NCBI GenBank assembly: GCA_964016885.1
Contig: OZ024745.1
Coordinates: 30,938,001-31,002,000, forward strand
Source: Eledone cirrhosa
Lineage: Eukaryota
Direction: 5' to 3'
DNA length: 64,000 nucleotides
A program made the position numbers and the translations under genes. Shown in pieces: positions 41,109 to 55,023 of this stretch (position 1 is its first letter; each line of letters starts with the position of its first letter). Under the pieces are notes generated by a model that was not told where the DNA came from, searched no databases, and saw nothing but the letters and a program-made list of their open reading frames with translations.

Positions 41109-42219
41109 TATATATATATTCCCAAAATGGCTGACTGAATGCACACGTACTGTTTCTCAATTTTTTTTTCCTGTTCCTTCCTGTTACACTATCTTTCTAT
41201 TTCAACTTTTATTTTTCATTCTATCTTCTAACAAAAGAATGTTCTTAATCTTAAATGTAATATACTTAGTGCTATATGGGTGGTGGATTGGTCGTATTAG
41301 TAGAGTGTCGGACACCATGCTTTGTGGCATTGAGTTACGACCCTTTCTGTTCTGAGTTCAAATCCCGCCGAGGTCAACTTTGCCTTTCAACCTTACGGGG
41401 TCGATAAAATAATGCACCAATAATGCACTGGGGACGATTTAAACGACTTTCCCCTCCCCTAAAAAAATTGCCGGTCTTGTACCTAAATGAGAAATCATTA
41501 TCTATGTAATGTAGTGTGACCTATCCTTATTTGTTGTTTTTGTTTTTAACCCTAGGTCGGCCCTGACTAAGCAAACCCGTGACAACATTATCTAAAGTGT
41601 TCTTCCTTTTTTAAGAATCTAAGTGGGGTTTGGTAGCTATTTCTAGTAGATGTAGTGATTACATAGAAGCCTCCATCACTGGATTCTTCCTCTTTTTAAG
41701 ACAGTGGGATGTCATTTAAGGGTGAGTTGTCCTTTACGTTCTGAGTTCAAATCCCGCTGAGATTAGATTTGATTTCATCCTTACCAGGTCAATAAAATAA
41801 AGAACCAGTAACGCACTGGGGTCTATTTATTTCCCTTTCTTTTAAATTGCTGGCCTTGTGCCAAAAGTAGAACCAATTGTTACATATTGTAAATTAATAC
41901 ATGAAGATATAAAATATTGCTGGGTTTTAAGAAACATTTGTTGTTCACCTGCATTTGCGTACATGTAAGAGTGCGGAGGCATATATGTGTGTGTATGTGT
42001 GAATGTAGGTATGCGCATTTATTTATGTTTGTGTATGTAATTATGCATGCGTATGCATGTGTGTATGCACATATGAATGCACGCTTGTTTGTATGTATGA
42101 ATATGTATGTTTGTGTACATGTATTAATGTATTACGTATATATGTGTATATGAATCTATGCGTGCTTGTATGTGTATATGTATGCGTTTGTATGCTTGTA
42201 TTATATATATATATATATA

Positions 42220-42307
<88 letters not shown>

Positions 42308-42829
42308 GTATGTATGTACGAATATGTGCCTTCAAATTCTCATCAAATACCACGCGCAAGGATGCAATAAAGCACATGTTGTTTTGCCACAGCATGGCCA
42401 CAGCCGGACGGTTAGAACCAGTAAAGGAGTACAAGAGTACAAGAGTAAACACTAAACTGCTGGGTCTCCCTCGAAGCCGCCATCTTCATGCAGTGTTTCA
42501 AAACAAATTCTGTCTAATGACGCCAATCCATCGTGAAGCCATTGACAGATGCAAGTGATCCCCCAAACGAGAATGGAGACCTGTTCATAGACTCTACTCG
42601 CCAGAAACACCCTACTTTTTGCAGCAGTCACCATATCTATATTTATGTACACGTGTGTATGTGTTGTGTTGATACCCTGTGGGCGGCTGAAACGATATAT
42701 TCTAATTGCATTACACTTACTTTGCTTTAACTTCATGTCGGTACCGGCTCATAATTTGAGAGTTGGTATTGTTTAAAAGCATTTTAATAGCTTTTGTTTA
42801 TCTCTGGGTCATCTCCGATTAAGAGCGCC

Positions 42830-43228
42830 CATTACACACTGTAAAGTAGTTGGTGTTAGGAAGGGCATTTGGCCGTAGAAAGCTTGCCAAACAAAGTGTT
42901 GGGAGGACCTTTTAGGTTGGGTCAAGAACATGACAGCCTCCTTAGTGCTGGTTCATCCAGTTCACACTGTAAAGTGTTTGGTGATAGGAAGGGCACCCAG
43001 TTGTAGAAAGGATTGGGAGGACCCTTCAGTTGTGTCAAAGACATGACAACTTCTCTTGTGCATTTGGTAGAACGTACGACTGTACGTGAGCGAGATGCAA
43101 ACCCCTCGGTTTGTCAGGGAGGTCAGTAGCCCCGCTTCAGTGCTGACTTGGAGTATGTAGACCCGTCCAGCCTTTACTAGCAGGGAAAGATGATGATGAT
43201 GATGTTGATGATGATGATGATGATGATT
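42830..43228 (+). mobile_element. SINE/LINE-tail fragment with an internal duplication and (GAT)n tail
   Basis: CACACTGTAAAGT...AGGAAGGGCA occurs twice. Ends in (GAT)n. A related end in opposite orientation lies at ~53630-53700. Confidence 0.55.
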
Positions 43229-43546
43229 ATCAAAGGTGATCCAACTTTACCCGTCCTGCCTTTTTGTATATGTCGGAGGACTACACTCTCCAACATGGCT
43301 ACCCTTTTTTTAAGATTTATGAAGTGTTGCAAACACTCATCAAACAGTGAAGTGTAGACTACGGTAAGTTGACCAAGTACTCGCTATGGAATGCCAAATA
43401 TTCCACATTGTAAACAAAATATATCGGACTATTTCAAACGTACAAAATAGTGGCATTTTATTGAGATCGTCTCTGATAAGCTTTAACGTCTAGTGAAGGT
43501 ATTTATAAGCAACAGCAGCAACAGAAGCAGCAGAGGCAGCAGCAGC

Positions 43547-43592
<46 letters not shown>

Positions 43593-44920
43593 TAGTAGTG
43601 GCGGTGGCGGTGGTGGTGGTGGTGGTTTCAGTTGTTATTGTTATTGTTGTTTGTTATCAAAGAAAATCAAAATATCTTTAGCCGTATGTTTTGTGTTAAG
43701 AACAAACCTTCATCGTATTCCAGATGTTTCCCCTTTCCTAAATATAAACATACTGGTCTCATCCCCGCTAAGGTCATAATACATTTTAAAATATGTGTAT
43801 GTATGAACCTTTAACTCTTTCATGGAGTCGTAAGGGTGCCCTAGTGACATGCAGCATGACTTGGGCATTTTTAAAACCTGACAGTACCCATCCCCGCTCC
43901 GGGTCTGAACAGTCGATTTCTTCCAGAAAAGTAGAGACAGTGATAGAGAGAAAATGAGTAAGAGATATAGAGAAAGAATAGATCTCAGTACTTTACTGAT
44001 ATTTTTTTTTTTATCAACCTCGAAAGGATGAAAGCCGAAGTTGACCTCATAACGCAGAGAGCTGGATCTGATGCCACAATGCATTCTATCCGATGTTCTA
44101 ACGACTCTGTCCATACTATAACACACATCTATTTGTATATGCGCTACAATTTATGTACATGTTATGTAGAGACAGGTGGGAGAGATAGAGATAGATATAG
44201 AGAGGGGGAGAGTTTGGTGGTAATTAATATAGAGGGGGGAGAGTTTTGTGTTAATTGATATAGAGAGGGGGATTGGGAAAGGGTGTGGTATGGTTGATTT
44301 AGAGAGTGGGAGAGTTTGGTGGTAATGAATAGAGTGGGAGAGTTTGGTGGTAATGAATAGAGTGAGAGGATTGATAGAGATAGGTATTGATAGATATAGA
44401 GAGGGGGCGAGTTTGGCTTTAGTAGATACAGAGAGTGGGATTAAAAGAGAGTTTTGTGTGATAAACATAGAGAGGAGGAGAGTTTGGTGGCACTCTCGGA
44501 TCCCAAATAATAGAAGGGTGAAATAATGGGGGGGGAAACAGTAATTGTATAGTGTACGTTCGTAAATATGGGATTTCTTGTAATCTTCTTTTGTCATATA
44601 TGTTTGTTTTTTTCAATTTAAAATAAAATTATCGTTAGATTCTCCAGTTGCTGTATCAATATGAATCACTTACAATAAAATTTCGCAGGAGATAGATTAG
44701 AAATAATAATAATAAGCGGGTAGGGGGTGGGGGAAATCTGACAAATTAATAAGCGTGGGATGGGGACGATTATTCAAGACCTGAGAGCACGTGAATTATT
44801 GACGGACGTAAGAATGAAAACTCAACACCGAAGTTAACTAAAGATTACATCTATAAAGTTCCCACGTAATTTTCAACGGCCCTTACTTTGTGTTGCGTTA
44901 TTGACGTTTATCAGCTGAAC

Positions 44921-47115
44921 CAGGGTGTGCAACATATTCCGTTAGTGGGACACCTTTGAACATTGGAACAACTATTAGGGCCATTAATATTTATTAAGCA
45001 CTATTCCAAAGATTCATCACAACTTCTTTCCATAACATGGAACTGGGAAATTATAACACACATAACCCTATCAATGAAGCCCTTTAGTATACGTCAACTG
45101 GGAAATTATAACACACATAACCCTATCAATGAAGCCCTTTAGTATAGGTCAACTGGGAAATTATAACACACATAACCCTATCAGTGAAGCCCTTTAGTAT
45201 AGGTCAACTGGGAAATTATAACACACATAACCCTATCAGTGAAGCCCTTTAGTATAGGTCAACTGGGAAATTATAACACACATAACCCTATCAATGAAGC
45301 CCTTTAGTATAGGTCAACTGGGAAATTATAACACACATAACCCTATCAATGAAGCCCTTTAGTATAGGTCAACTGGGAAATTATAACACACATAACCCTA
45401 TCAGTGAAGCCCTTTAGTATAGGTCAACTGGGAAATTATAACACACATAACCCTATCAGTGAAGCCCTTTAGTATAGGTCAACTGGGAAATTATAGCACA
45501 CATAACCCTATCAATGAAGCCCTTTAGTATAGGTCAACTGGGAAATTATAACACACATAACCCTATCAATGAAGCCCTTTAGTATAGGTCAACTGGGAAA
45601 TTATAACACACATAACCCTATCAATGAAGCCCTTTAGTATAGGTCAACTGGGAAATTATAACACACATAACCCTATCAATGAAGCCCTTTAGTATAGGTC
45701 AACTGGGAAATTATAACACACATAACCCTATCAATGAAGCCCTTTAGTATAGGTCAACTGGGAAATTATAACACACAGAACCCTATCAGTGAAGCCCTTT
45801 AGTATAGGTCAACTGGGAAATTATAACACACATAACCCTATCAGTGAAGCCCTTTAGTATAGGTCAACTGGGAAATTATAACACACATAACCCTATCAAT
45901 GAAGCCCTTTAGTATAGGTCAACTGGGAAATTATAACACACATAACCCTATCAATGAAGCCCTTTAGTATACGTCAACTGGGAAATTATAACACACATAA
46001 CCCTATCAATGAAGCCCTTTAGTATAGGTCAACTGGGAAATTATAACACACATAACCCTATCAGTGAAGCCCTTTAGTATAGGTCAACTGGGAAATTATA
46101 ACACACATAACCCTATCAGTGAAGCCCTTTAGTATAGGTCAACTGGGAAATTATAACACACATAACCCTATCAGTGAAGCCCTTTAGTATAGGAGAACTG
46201 GGAAATTATAACACACATAACCCTATTAGTGAAGCCCTTTAGTATAGGTCAACTGGGAAATTATAACACACATAACCCTATCAGTGAAGCCCTTTAGTAT
46301 AGGTCAACTGGGAAATTATAACACACATAACCCTATCAGTGAAGCCCTTTAGTATAGGTCAACTGGGAAATTATAACACACATAACCCTATCAGTGAAGC
46401 CCTTTAGTATAGGTCAACTGGGAAATTATAACACACATAACCCTATCAGTGAAGCCCTTTAGTATAGGTCAACTGGGAAATTATAACACACATAACCCTA
46501 TCAGTGAAGCCCTTTAGTATAGGTCAACTGGGAAATTATAACACACATAACCCTATCAGTGAAGCCCTTTAGTATAGGTCAACTGGGAAATTATAACACA
46601 CATAACCCTATCAATGAAGCCCTTTCGTATAGGTCAACTGGGAAATTATAACACACATAACCCTATCAATGAAGCCCTTTAGTATAGGTCAACTGGGAAA
46701 TTATAACACACATAACCCTATCAATGAAGCCCTTTATTATAGGTCAACTGGGAAATTATAACACACATAACCCTATCAATGAAGCCCTTTAGTATAGGTC
46801 AACTGGGAAATTATAACACACATAACCCTATCAATGAAGCCCTTTAGTATAGGTCAACTGGGAAATTATAACACACATAACCCTATCAATGAAGCCCTTT
46901 AGTATAGGTCAACTGGGAAATTATAACACACATAACCCTATCAATGAAGCCCTTTAGTATAGGTCAACTAACAGAAAATTGTATTACGGTTACGAAAAAA
47001 AATCTAAATAAGCCTACAAGCTACAAGATAAAAAAATTAAAACGGTCATCGCGGGCCACTCTGACTGGTCTGGCAGGCCGGATTGTGGCCCGCGACCGCC
47101 TGTTGCACGCCCCTG
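44921..47115. mobile_element. hAT (Charlie-like) non-autonomous element hosting a satellite array
   Basis: TIRs CAGGGTGTGCAACA / TGTTGCACGCCCCTG. Degenerate 8-bp TSD AGCTGAAC / ATCTAAAC. Subterminal GGCCCGCG/GCGGGCC motifs. Confidence 0.75.
45041..46969. repeat. 55-bp satellite, ~35 copies
   Basis: Unit AACTGGGAAATTATAACACACATAACCCTATCA(A/G)TGAAGCCCTTTAGTATAGGTC. Confidence 0.97.
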
Positions 47116-47219
47116 ATCTAAACGATCGGCCGGTCAGCCATTGGCTTATCTATCTATAACTAGCAACAGCAGTAGCAACATATATATACTGTTAATACAA
47201 TAGTAATGATTATATAAAA

Positions 47220-47262
<43 letters not shown>

Positions 47263-47611
47263 AACACTACCTCCTTACGGACAACTGACGTTGCACACCA
47301 GGTCCGAACACAGAAGAGCCGAACTCCCACTGTCATCGCATCCATCTCTCTCACCCTTCCCATCTCTCTGTATTATGAGCAAATGGGATCCTACGTGCTG
47401 GCCGCCCCACGGTCCCGGCAGACATAATAGAGAAGGCGCTTCCCCAGATGATGGTAAGGGAGATGTGCTGGAAGAGCCATTCCATCTTGTGATGCTCACA
47501 CTTGCGGCTATCCAGGTCAGTGCCTATGGTGGTAAGTAGGGAGGTAGCCAGGTAAAACTTTAGAGTAACAAAGCTTACCAATAGCCATAATAAATGAATA
47601 TATATATATAT

Positions 47612-47962
47612 GGAGGAAGTTATAGTTCACTTGAAGCATTGTGTAATGAGGTATAAACGTTTGTATATGTATAATAAAGCCAAAACAATGCAGGTATGGA
47701 GATAGAATAAAGAATGCAAATGCAAAAGATATTGTTGACAATTAGTCTTTTACCTTAGATTTATTTAAATGTCCTTAATATTCGAGATAATATCTCTTCT
47801 TCGGAGGGAAGTAAAGCGGTTAAACCAGTGTTCTAAATAGCTTGCCAAGTCAAGCTATTTAGAACACTGTTTCGCAGTTCTTCTGCTTTTCAAAAGTAGA
47901 GTTGAGATGGAGGGTCTGTGGTTTTTCTCACATCTCCGTGAGAAAAATCACAGACCTTCCAT

Positions 47963-47964
<2 letters not shown>
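47612..47964 (-). mobile_element. TA-flanked PLE-end-like insert with a U3-A8 hammerhead-like core and two hairpins
   Basis: Minus strand TTGAAAA-GCAG aagaa CTGC-GAAACAGTGT at ~47863-47893. Stem I is weak. Hairpins at 47826-47869 and 47905-47964. Confidence 0.5.
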
Positions 47965-48039
<75 letters not shown>

Positions 48040-48053
48040 GGATACTAATATAC

Positions 48054-48100
<47 letters not shown>

Positions 48101-48105
<5 letters not shown>

Positions 48106-49836
48106 AGATCAAAAGATGGTTAAAGGAGTTCAATATATTTTATTATGCGCATTTCAAAAACAAACATCATCAAACAATAACATTTGTGTTTTCATCAGAT
48201 AAAACAGGAGAACATGATATGAAGGCTAAAAAAAACACTTGTTGATAGTGCAGTTTTAAATCAACATATGAAAAGTGGTTTTAGATTGATGTGTGATATT
48301 GGGAAAAATATTTTATTTAGAGAGGGGGGGAGAGAAAAGGATGAAAAGGGAAGGAGATGAGAGGGAGAGATGGGTGATAGAGAGAAAGAGATAGTTTTTA
48401 TAACTGAGAGGAGATATATTTTATATAGAGGGGTTGAAAACCGTTGGAAGATACTGTATAAATTAAAAATTTTGAAAATTAACGAAGGGAGGATATGTGC
48501 GAGGAAAAAATATATTATATTTAGGGAGGGGTGGGGGTGGAAAGGATGAAAAAAAAGGGGAGGAGATGAGAGTGAAGGTGGAAAGGGAGAGATGGGTGAT
48601 AGAGAGAAAGAGATAGTTTTTATAACTGAGAAAAAGATATAATGTTTTAATATAGAGAGGTTGGGAACCGTTGGAAGATAATGTATAAATTAAAGGAATT
48701 TGAAAATTAACGAAGGGAAATTATGTATGGAGATAGAGAGAAAAAATAACGAAGGGAAATTATGTATGGAGATAGAGAGAAAAAAATAATAATTGTGGGT
48801 GAATATTCTAACGTCAAAAGAAGAAATGTAGGAATTTTAAAATTAGCAAAGAGAAAAAGTTTATGTGTAGAAGGATTTGAGAAAAATAATGTGAAGTTAA
48901 AGTTTTTATATTGAATTCATATGTATTAATAATGAGTTCGTTGATGGGGAGAAAAAAATAATAATAAATTAAGGATGAAATTGAGATTAAAAAGATTTAT
49001 GATAGAGAGAAAAAATAATAATGATTGCGGATGAATACTCAAAATGTCAAAAACAAATGTTATTGTTTTACGAGGAGATATAATGAGGGTGATGAGTAAA
49101 CGGGTATTATAGAGTGTATAATGCCCTTTAAAGTAAGGTAGATGGGTATATTTTAAAGAATATATGAGTATATATTAAAAAAAATATATAATAATAAATT
49201 AAGGATGAAATTGAGATTAAAAAGATTTATGATAGAGGGAAAAAAAATAATAATGATTGCGGATGAATATTCAAAATGTCAAAAACAAATGTTATTGTTT
49301 TTCATCCTTTCCACCCCCACCCCTCCCTAAATATAATATATTTTTTCCTCGCACATATCCTCCCTTCGTTAATTTTCAAAATTTTTAATTTATACAGTAT
49401 CTTCCAACGGTTTTCAACCCCTCTATATAAAATATATCTCCTCTCAGTTATAAAAACTATCTCTTTCTCTCTATCACCCATCTCTCCCTCTCATCTCCTT
49501 CCCTTTTCATCCTTTTCTCTCCCCCCCTCTCTAAATAAAATATTTTTCCCAATATCACACATCAATCTAAAACCACTTTTCATATGTTGATTTAAAACTG
49601 CACTATCAACAAGTGTTTTTTTTAGCCTTCATATCATGTTCTCCTGTTTTATCTGATGAAAACACAAATGTTATTGTTTGATGATGTTTGTTTTTGAAAT
49701 GCGCATAATAAAATATATTGAACTCCTTTAACCATCTTTTGATCTTATATTATGCATACTCCAGTCCCACAAACTGTAGAGTGCTTCTTATCCGATATCT
49801 GCATTGCTTTATTGTACTACAATAAAACTCACCTCC

Positions 49837-49840
<4 letters not shown>
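48101..49840. mobile_element. PLE family C fold-back insertion (~450-bp inverted repeat, two hammerheads, one tail)
   Basis: 48101-48551 is the reverse complement of 49298-49750. Cores at 48192-48198(-) and 49653-49659(+). Tail 49750-49840. Confidence 0.85.
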
Positions 49841-49897
<57 letters not shown>

Positions 49898-49911
49898 GGA
49901 TACTAATATAC

Positions 49912-49994
<83 letters not shown>

Positions 49995-50015
49995 CATATA
50001 TATATATACATATAC

Positions 50016-50064
<49 letters not shown>

Positions 50065-50113
50065 CATATATACATATATATATATATACATATATATATA
50101 TACATATATATAC

Positions 50114-50198
<85 letters not shown>

Positions 50199-50395
50199 TA
50201 ACGAAGGAAATGTGGTAAGGAACCAAGTGGACCATAACGCACCAAAGTACTCAATACTTAGGGTAGTAGAGTGGGTAATAGGAACAAGTAAGACCCCGAC
50301 GGCTGAGCTCAAGCCGTTTCGACGGCTAATTCTGGACGCCAGAATTAGCCGTCGAAACGGCTTGAGCTCAGCCGTCGGGGTCTTACTTGTTCCTA
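50199..50395 (-). mobile_element. Family A fold-back insertion
   Basis: Reverse-oriented homologue of 4011-4200. Palindrome ~50279-50395. Confidence 0.78.
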
Positions 50396-50417
50396 TATAC
50401 ATATATATATATATATA

Positions 50418-50726
50418 TAAGAACAAAAGATGGTTAAAGGAGTTCCATGTATTTTATTATGCGCATTTCGAAAACAAATATCATCATGCAATAATATTTG
50501 TGTTTTCATCAGATAAAACAGGAGGACATGACATGAAGGCTAAAAAACACTTGTGGATAGTTCAGTTTTAAATCAACATATCAATGCGCATAATAAAATA
50601 CATGGAACTCCTTTAACCATATTTTGTTCTTATATATTATGTATACTCCAGTCCCACAAACTGTAGAGTGCTTCTTATCCGATATCTGCATTGCTTTATT
50701 GTACTACAATAAAACTCACCTCCCAC
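50418..50726. mobile_element. Family C fold-back insertion (minus arm with hammerhead, short plus arm with tail)
   Basis: Core at 50506-50512(-). Inversion junction near 50583. Tail 50635-50726. Confidence 0.8.
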
Positions 50727-50727
50727 A

Positions 50728-50867
<140 letters not shown>

Positions 50868-50868
50868 C

Positions 50869-50899
<31 letters not shown>

Positions 50900-50900
50900 C

Positions 50901-50992
<92 letters not shown>

Positions 50993-50993
50993 G

Positions 50994-51167
<174 letters not shown>

Positions 51168-51169
51168 CA

Positions 51170-51870
51170 TTATTTACGTATCGAGAGAGAGAGAAAAAAA
51201 GGGAACATCAGATTCTCCACGCACTGGGATATTGTCGGAAGGGCTGCACCGTACAACTTCAAGAGGAAATGCGATCTTTGCCTCATGGAGCTCTACCACA
51301 TCATAACTGCACCCCACGAGCTCATCAACATCAGAGCTGAAACAGCGATAAGTTGTACACATCGCTTAAAAATATCCTTCTTCAGATGGGTTAATGATGA
51401 GGAGTGAAACCGTGCACCGGATCTCCCTGCAACAAGTCTTAACACCCCGGCGGGCAGGCGCTGCAAAATAACACCCAGGAAACTATCCTTGTATACCAGA
51501 CCCAGCATAAAACGACTCAGACAAACAGATGCAGCAAAAAAATACTCTCAAAATAAGCGTTGATTACATGCGTATCGACAATGGTAAGGTTGCAACCTCA
51601 ACTCGTAGCGGATAAAAAGTTTGTCCGGGAAAGACTGCCCTAGCACCGGCCAGAGTTACCTCCCTTGACCTGCTGCAAAATCAAAACAAGCTATTTTTGC
51701 GAGCAATGAACCTTGACGTAGATTTAACCCAAAAAATTCTTTCCGAGCAATGTAAGGAACACTTTTGATTATTTATGCCCTTGAGAACCCCAACTGGGCG
51801 AAACGTACGTAGGTGCTGTTTTAAATAAACATGTTTTAACGGTCTATTCTCCGATTTCTTATTTTCCCAC

Positions 51871-51871
<1 letters not shown>
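51170..51871 (+). mobile_element. 5'-truncated PLE (Naiad-like GIY-YIG C-terminus), 3' UTR and hammerhead
   Basis: [34 protein letters not shown]...[14 protein letters not shown]. Flanked by (TA)n. Confidence 0.75.
51777..51816 (+). ncRNA. Minimal variant hammerhead (U3-A8)
   Basis: Core TTGAGAA at 51781. Stem II CCC/GGG. GAAA at 51800. Palindromic stem III ACGTACGT. Predicted cut after GUA at 51811. Short bulged stem I GCCC/GGTGC. Confidence 0.7.
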
Positions 51872-51943
<72 letters not shown>

Positions 51944-51975
51944 ATTATGAGAAGTATATATTTTGATTATGAGAA

Positions 51976-52093
<118 letters not shown>

Positions 52094-52117
52094 TATATAT
52101 ATAAATATATATATATA

Positions 52118-52560
52118 TAATATTATTCAAAATATTAACAAATGAAAAATATTCTCATAATCAAAATATATACTTTATTATATATATTTCAAAGGTACTG
52201 TGTTGTTTTTTTCAGTACGTCCTCATCAGACAAAATATATGATTTGATATATGACATACCGCTACGGGTCTTGATTATACAATTCCAGTATTGGCCAATA
52301 CTGGAATTGTATAATCAAGACCGTAGCGGTATGTCATATATCAAATTATATATTTTGTCTGATGAGGACGTACTGAAAAAAACAACACAGTACCTTTGAA
52401 ATATATATAATAAAGTATATATTTTGATTATGAGAATATTTTTCATTTGTTAATATTTTGAATAATATTAAAAACTCCGGGAAAACAACTGTTGAGTGCT
52501 TCTAATCTATTGTAAAATTGTATTCATTGAGTAATCAACGAACCATACTAATCTTTGGTC
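52118..52560 (+). mobile_element. Fold-back PLE-end insertion with ~175-bp arms plus tail
   Basis: Palindrome 52118-52470 centred at 52294/52295. Tail with GAGTGC at 52494. (TA)n flanks. Confidence 0.82.
52349..52419 (+). ncRNA. Type I hammerhead ribozyme (minus-strand twin at ~52169-52239)
   Basis: Stem I TATATTTTGT/ATAAAGTATA with 2 G-U pairs. CTGATGA at 52359. Stem II GTACTG/CAGTAC. GAAA at 52398. Stem III ATATATAT. Predicted cut after 52409. Confidence 0.82.
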
Positions 52561-52886
52561 ATATATATATATATATGAATATATATATATATAGGAGATG
52601 AATAAGTTGGGTATAATACAAGTTTCTTACCAATTGCGAAGAAGCTCGATAGGAAAGGGCACAGAACATAATTTTTTTTTATTTTACATATACAGTGGCG
52701 GTGGGACTGGGGGAGTGGTATATCCCCCTCCAATAATTATATTTTCTCCCCAAGCTAGAAAAAAAAATAATTTGGATATGCGCTACAATTTATGTACATG
52801 TTATGTTTATCGCATATTGAAGTTTTCTGACCATTTTAGAGTGCAAAGAGCTAAACTAATCACTACAACTAAATTGTCCAAATTCG

Positions 52887-52932
<46 letters not shown>

Positions 52933-53824
52933 ACACACAGACTCACACAATTCAGAAATGCTTCCACCGCCCCTGAATACACCGTCTTTATGTGCTACCA
53001 CCGAAATTATTAATATATGTTATATATTACTATATCCGAATATTATTGCCAACATCATGGCGCCTGGCTTAGAGGTTATAGCATTGGGTTCACAATCTCA
53101 CGATTATGAGTTTGATTCCCGGTCCAAGCGGTACGTTGTGTCTTTGAGCAAGACATTTTATTTCGTGTTGTTTCAGTTCAATCAGTTGTAGAAATTAGTT
53201 GCGATGTCACTGGTGCTAGCCTTTGCTTTTCTCTTGAACAACATTAGTGGCGTGGAACGACTGCTGGAATTCCACAAAATCACCTTGCCTAGGCTTGTGC
53301 CTTATAGAGGAATTTTCTATGTTCGTTCGTGACCAATAGGGATCATTGTTATTGTCAACATATACTATTGCTAAGTAATGTGTTGAAAAAATAAATAGTT
53401 CAGTACAGAAAGTAGAATGCTGAAGTGAAATTAATATGAGTTTTCCTTTGCTCTCGTTTCAAAGCACATCTGGTCGTGATATATTTTACTCTTATTTAGA
53501 CATTTGTCTAAATTTCGGCGAAATCCAGTAGGTAAAATCTTTTAAAGTAGACAGATTAAAAGAAAGAGAAAGGGATGAAGAGAGAAAGAGGAAGAATTTA
53601 TTTGAGTCAACATTCAGTGGTATCTGCCATCGTCATCATCATCACCATCATCATCCTCATCACCGTTTAACGTCCATTTTCCATGCTAGCATGGGTTAGA
53701 TATGTTGTCCCGTTGTGAGACAAGCCAGATCAAGTGACCGTGTCTTGCTCCTACAGAACTGTTTCTGACTTGATTTTTACGGTTAGATGTTTTCCTAATG
53801 CCAACCACATTGACAAGTGCTGTT

Positions 53825-54280
53825 CATCATGTCACCAGCACCGCCACCTTGCAGGGTGGACTGGCTGCTTTTCATCATGTCACCAGCACGACCACCTTAC
53901 AGAATGGACTGGGTACCTTTTCATCGTGTCACCAGCACGACCACTTTACAGAATGGACTGGGTACCTTTTCATCGTGACACCAGCACGACCACTTTACAG
54001 AATGGACTGGGTACCTTTTCATCGTGTCACCAGCACGACCACTTTACAGAATGGACTGGGTACCTTTTCATCGTGTCACCAGCACGACCACTTTACAGGG
54101 TGGACTAGGTACCTTTTCATCGTGTCATCAGCACGACCACCTTACAGGGTGGACTGGGTGTCTTTTGCCGCGTCACCAGCACGACCACCTTACAGGGAAG
54201 ACTGGGTGCCTTTTGCCATGTCACCAGCACCACCACCTTACAAGGTGGACTGGGTGCCTTTTGCCGTGTCGCCAGCACGT
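53825..54280. repeat. 49-bp minisatellite, ~9 copies
   Basis: Unit CATCGTGTCACCAGCACGACCACTTTACAGAATGGACTGGGTACCTTTT. Edge units are diverged. Confidence 0.92.
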
Positions 54281-54821
54281 ACTGTTTAATAGTAATAGAT
54301 GTAATTCCATCATCCTCAATATCAAAACGAAAGAAAAAATGTAGAAATGTTATCTATGTCTTAACTGTATCTGGATAAAAGTGAAGCAAATGAAAGTCAC
54401 ATATAAATTACTTTAGCTGACACTTAGTTGTTGCATCTATGTGCACCAACCACTTGCATTAAAATGTGCAGTTGATACAAAAAATGTATAATTTTTCACA
54501 GTGCCTTGTTTTCTTTTTTATTTATTTTTTATTTTTGTTGTTGTTTTTAAGGTTTGGCGGTGGAGAGCGTGTTCCCTCATTTCAGGCTGAATTAATTCCT
54601 CATCATGTCTGGAATCTTTTAATATGTTCCTCGTAGAAGTGTGATGGCAAGATGATTCCAGAAGACAAGTATTTAATAAAACCGATCAAATAAACTATTG
54701 AACTCTGTACTGTGATCATTTGATCGAACTATTTACTGTGTTTGGACACGGCCGACAGAGAATTTCTTTATCCCTTAAGTATGGCTATGCACGTTCACAT
54801 ATATATATATATGTTCGTATA

Positions 54822-55023
54822 TACGAGGGTTGACTGAAAGGCTCCTTGGCTGACCAAGATACTCTCATGGAATATCCAAATGAGGTTCATTTTTCAATAT
54901 AGTTCCTGGAAAGAAATAATGCAGTTATTAATAAGAAGATTTGAAATTAATGCATTCAAGATTTCTCAGCTCTAGCATCACTTTTTCATAGTTAGCCTAT
55001 GAGCTTTTCAGCCGACCATCGTA
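54822..55023. mobile_element. Mariner-type MITE
   Basis: TACGAGGGTTGACTGAAAG...CTTTTCAGCCGACCATCGTA. Confidence 0.75.

Noticed and set aside
45041-46969. Possible CRISPR array
   Set aside because: Head-to-tail near-identical units without unique spacers.
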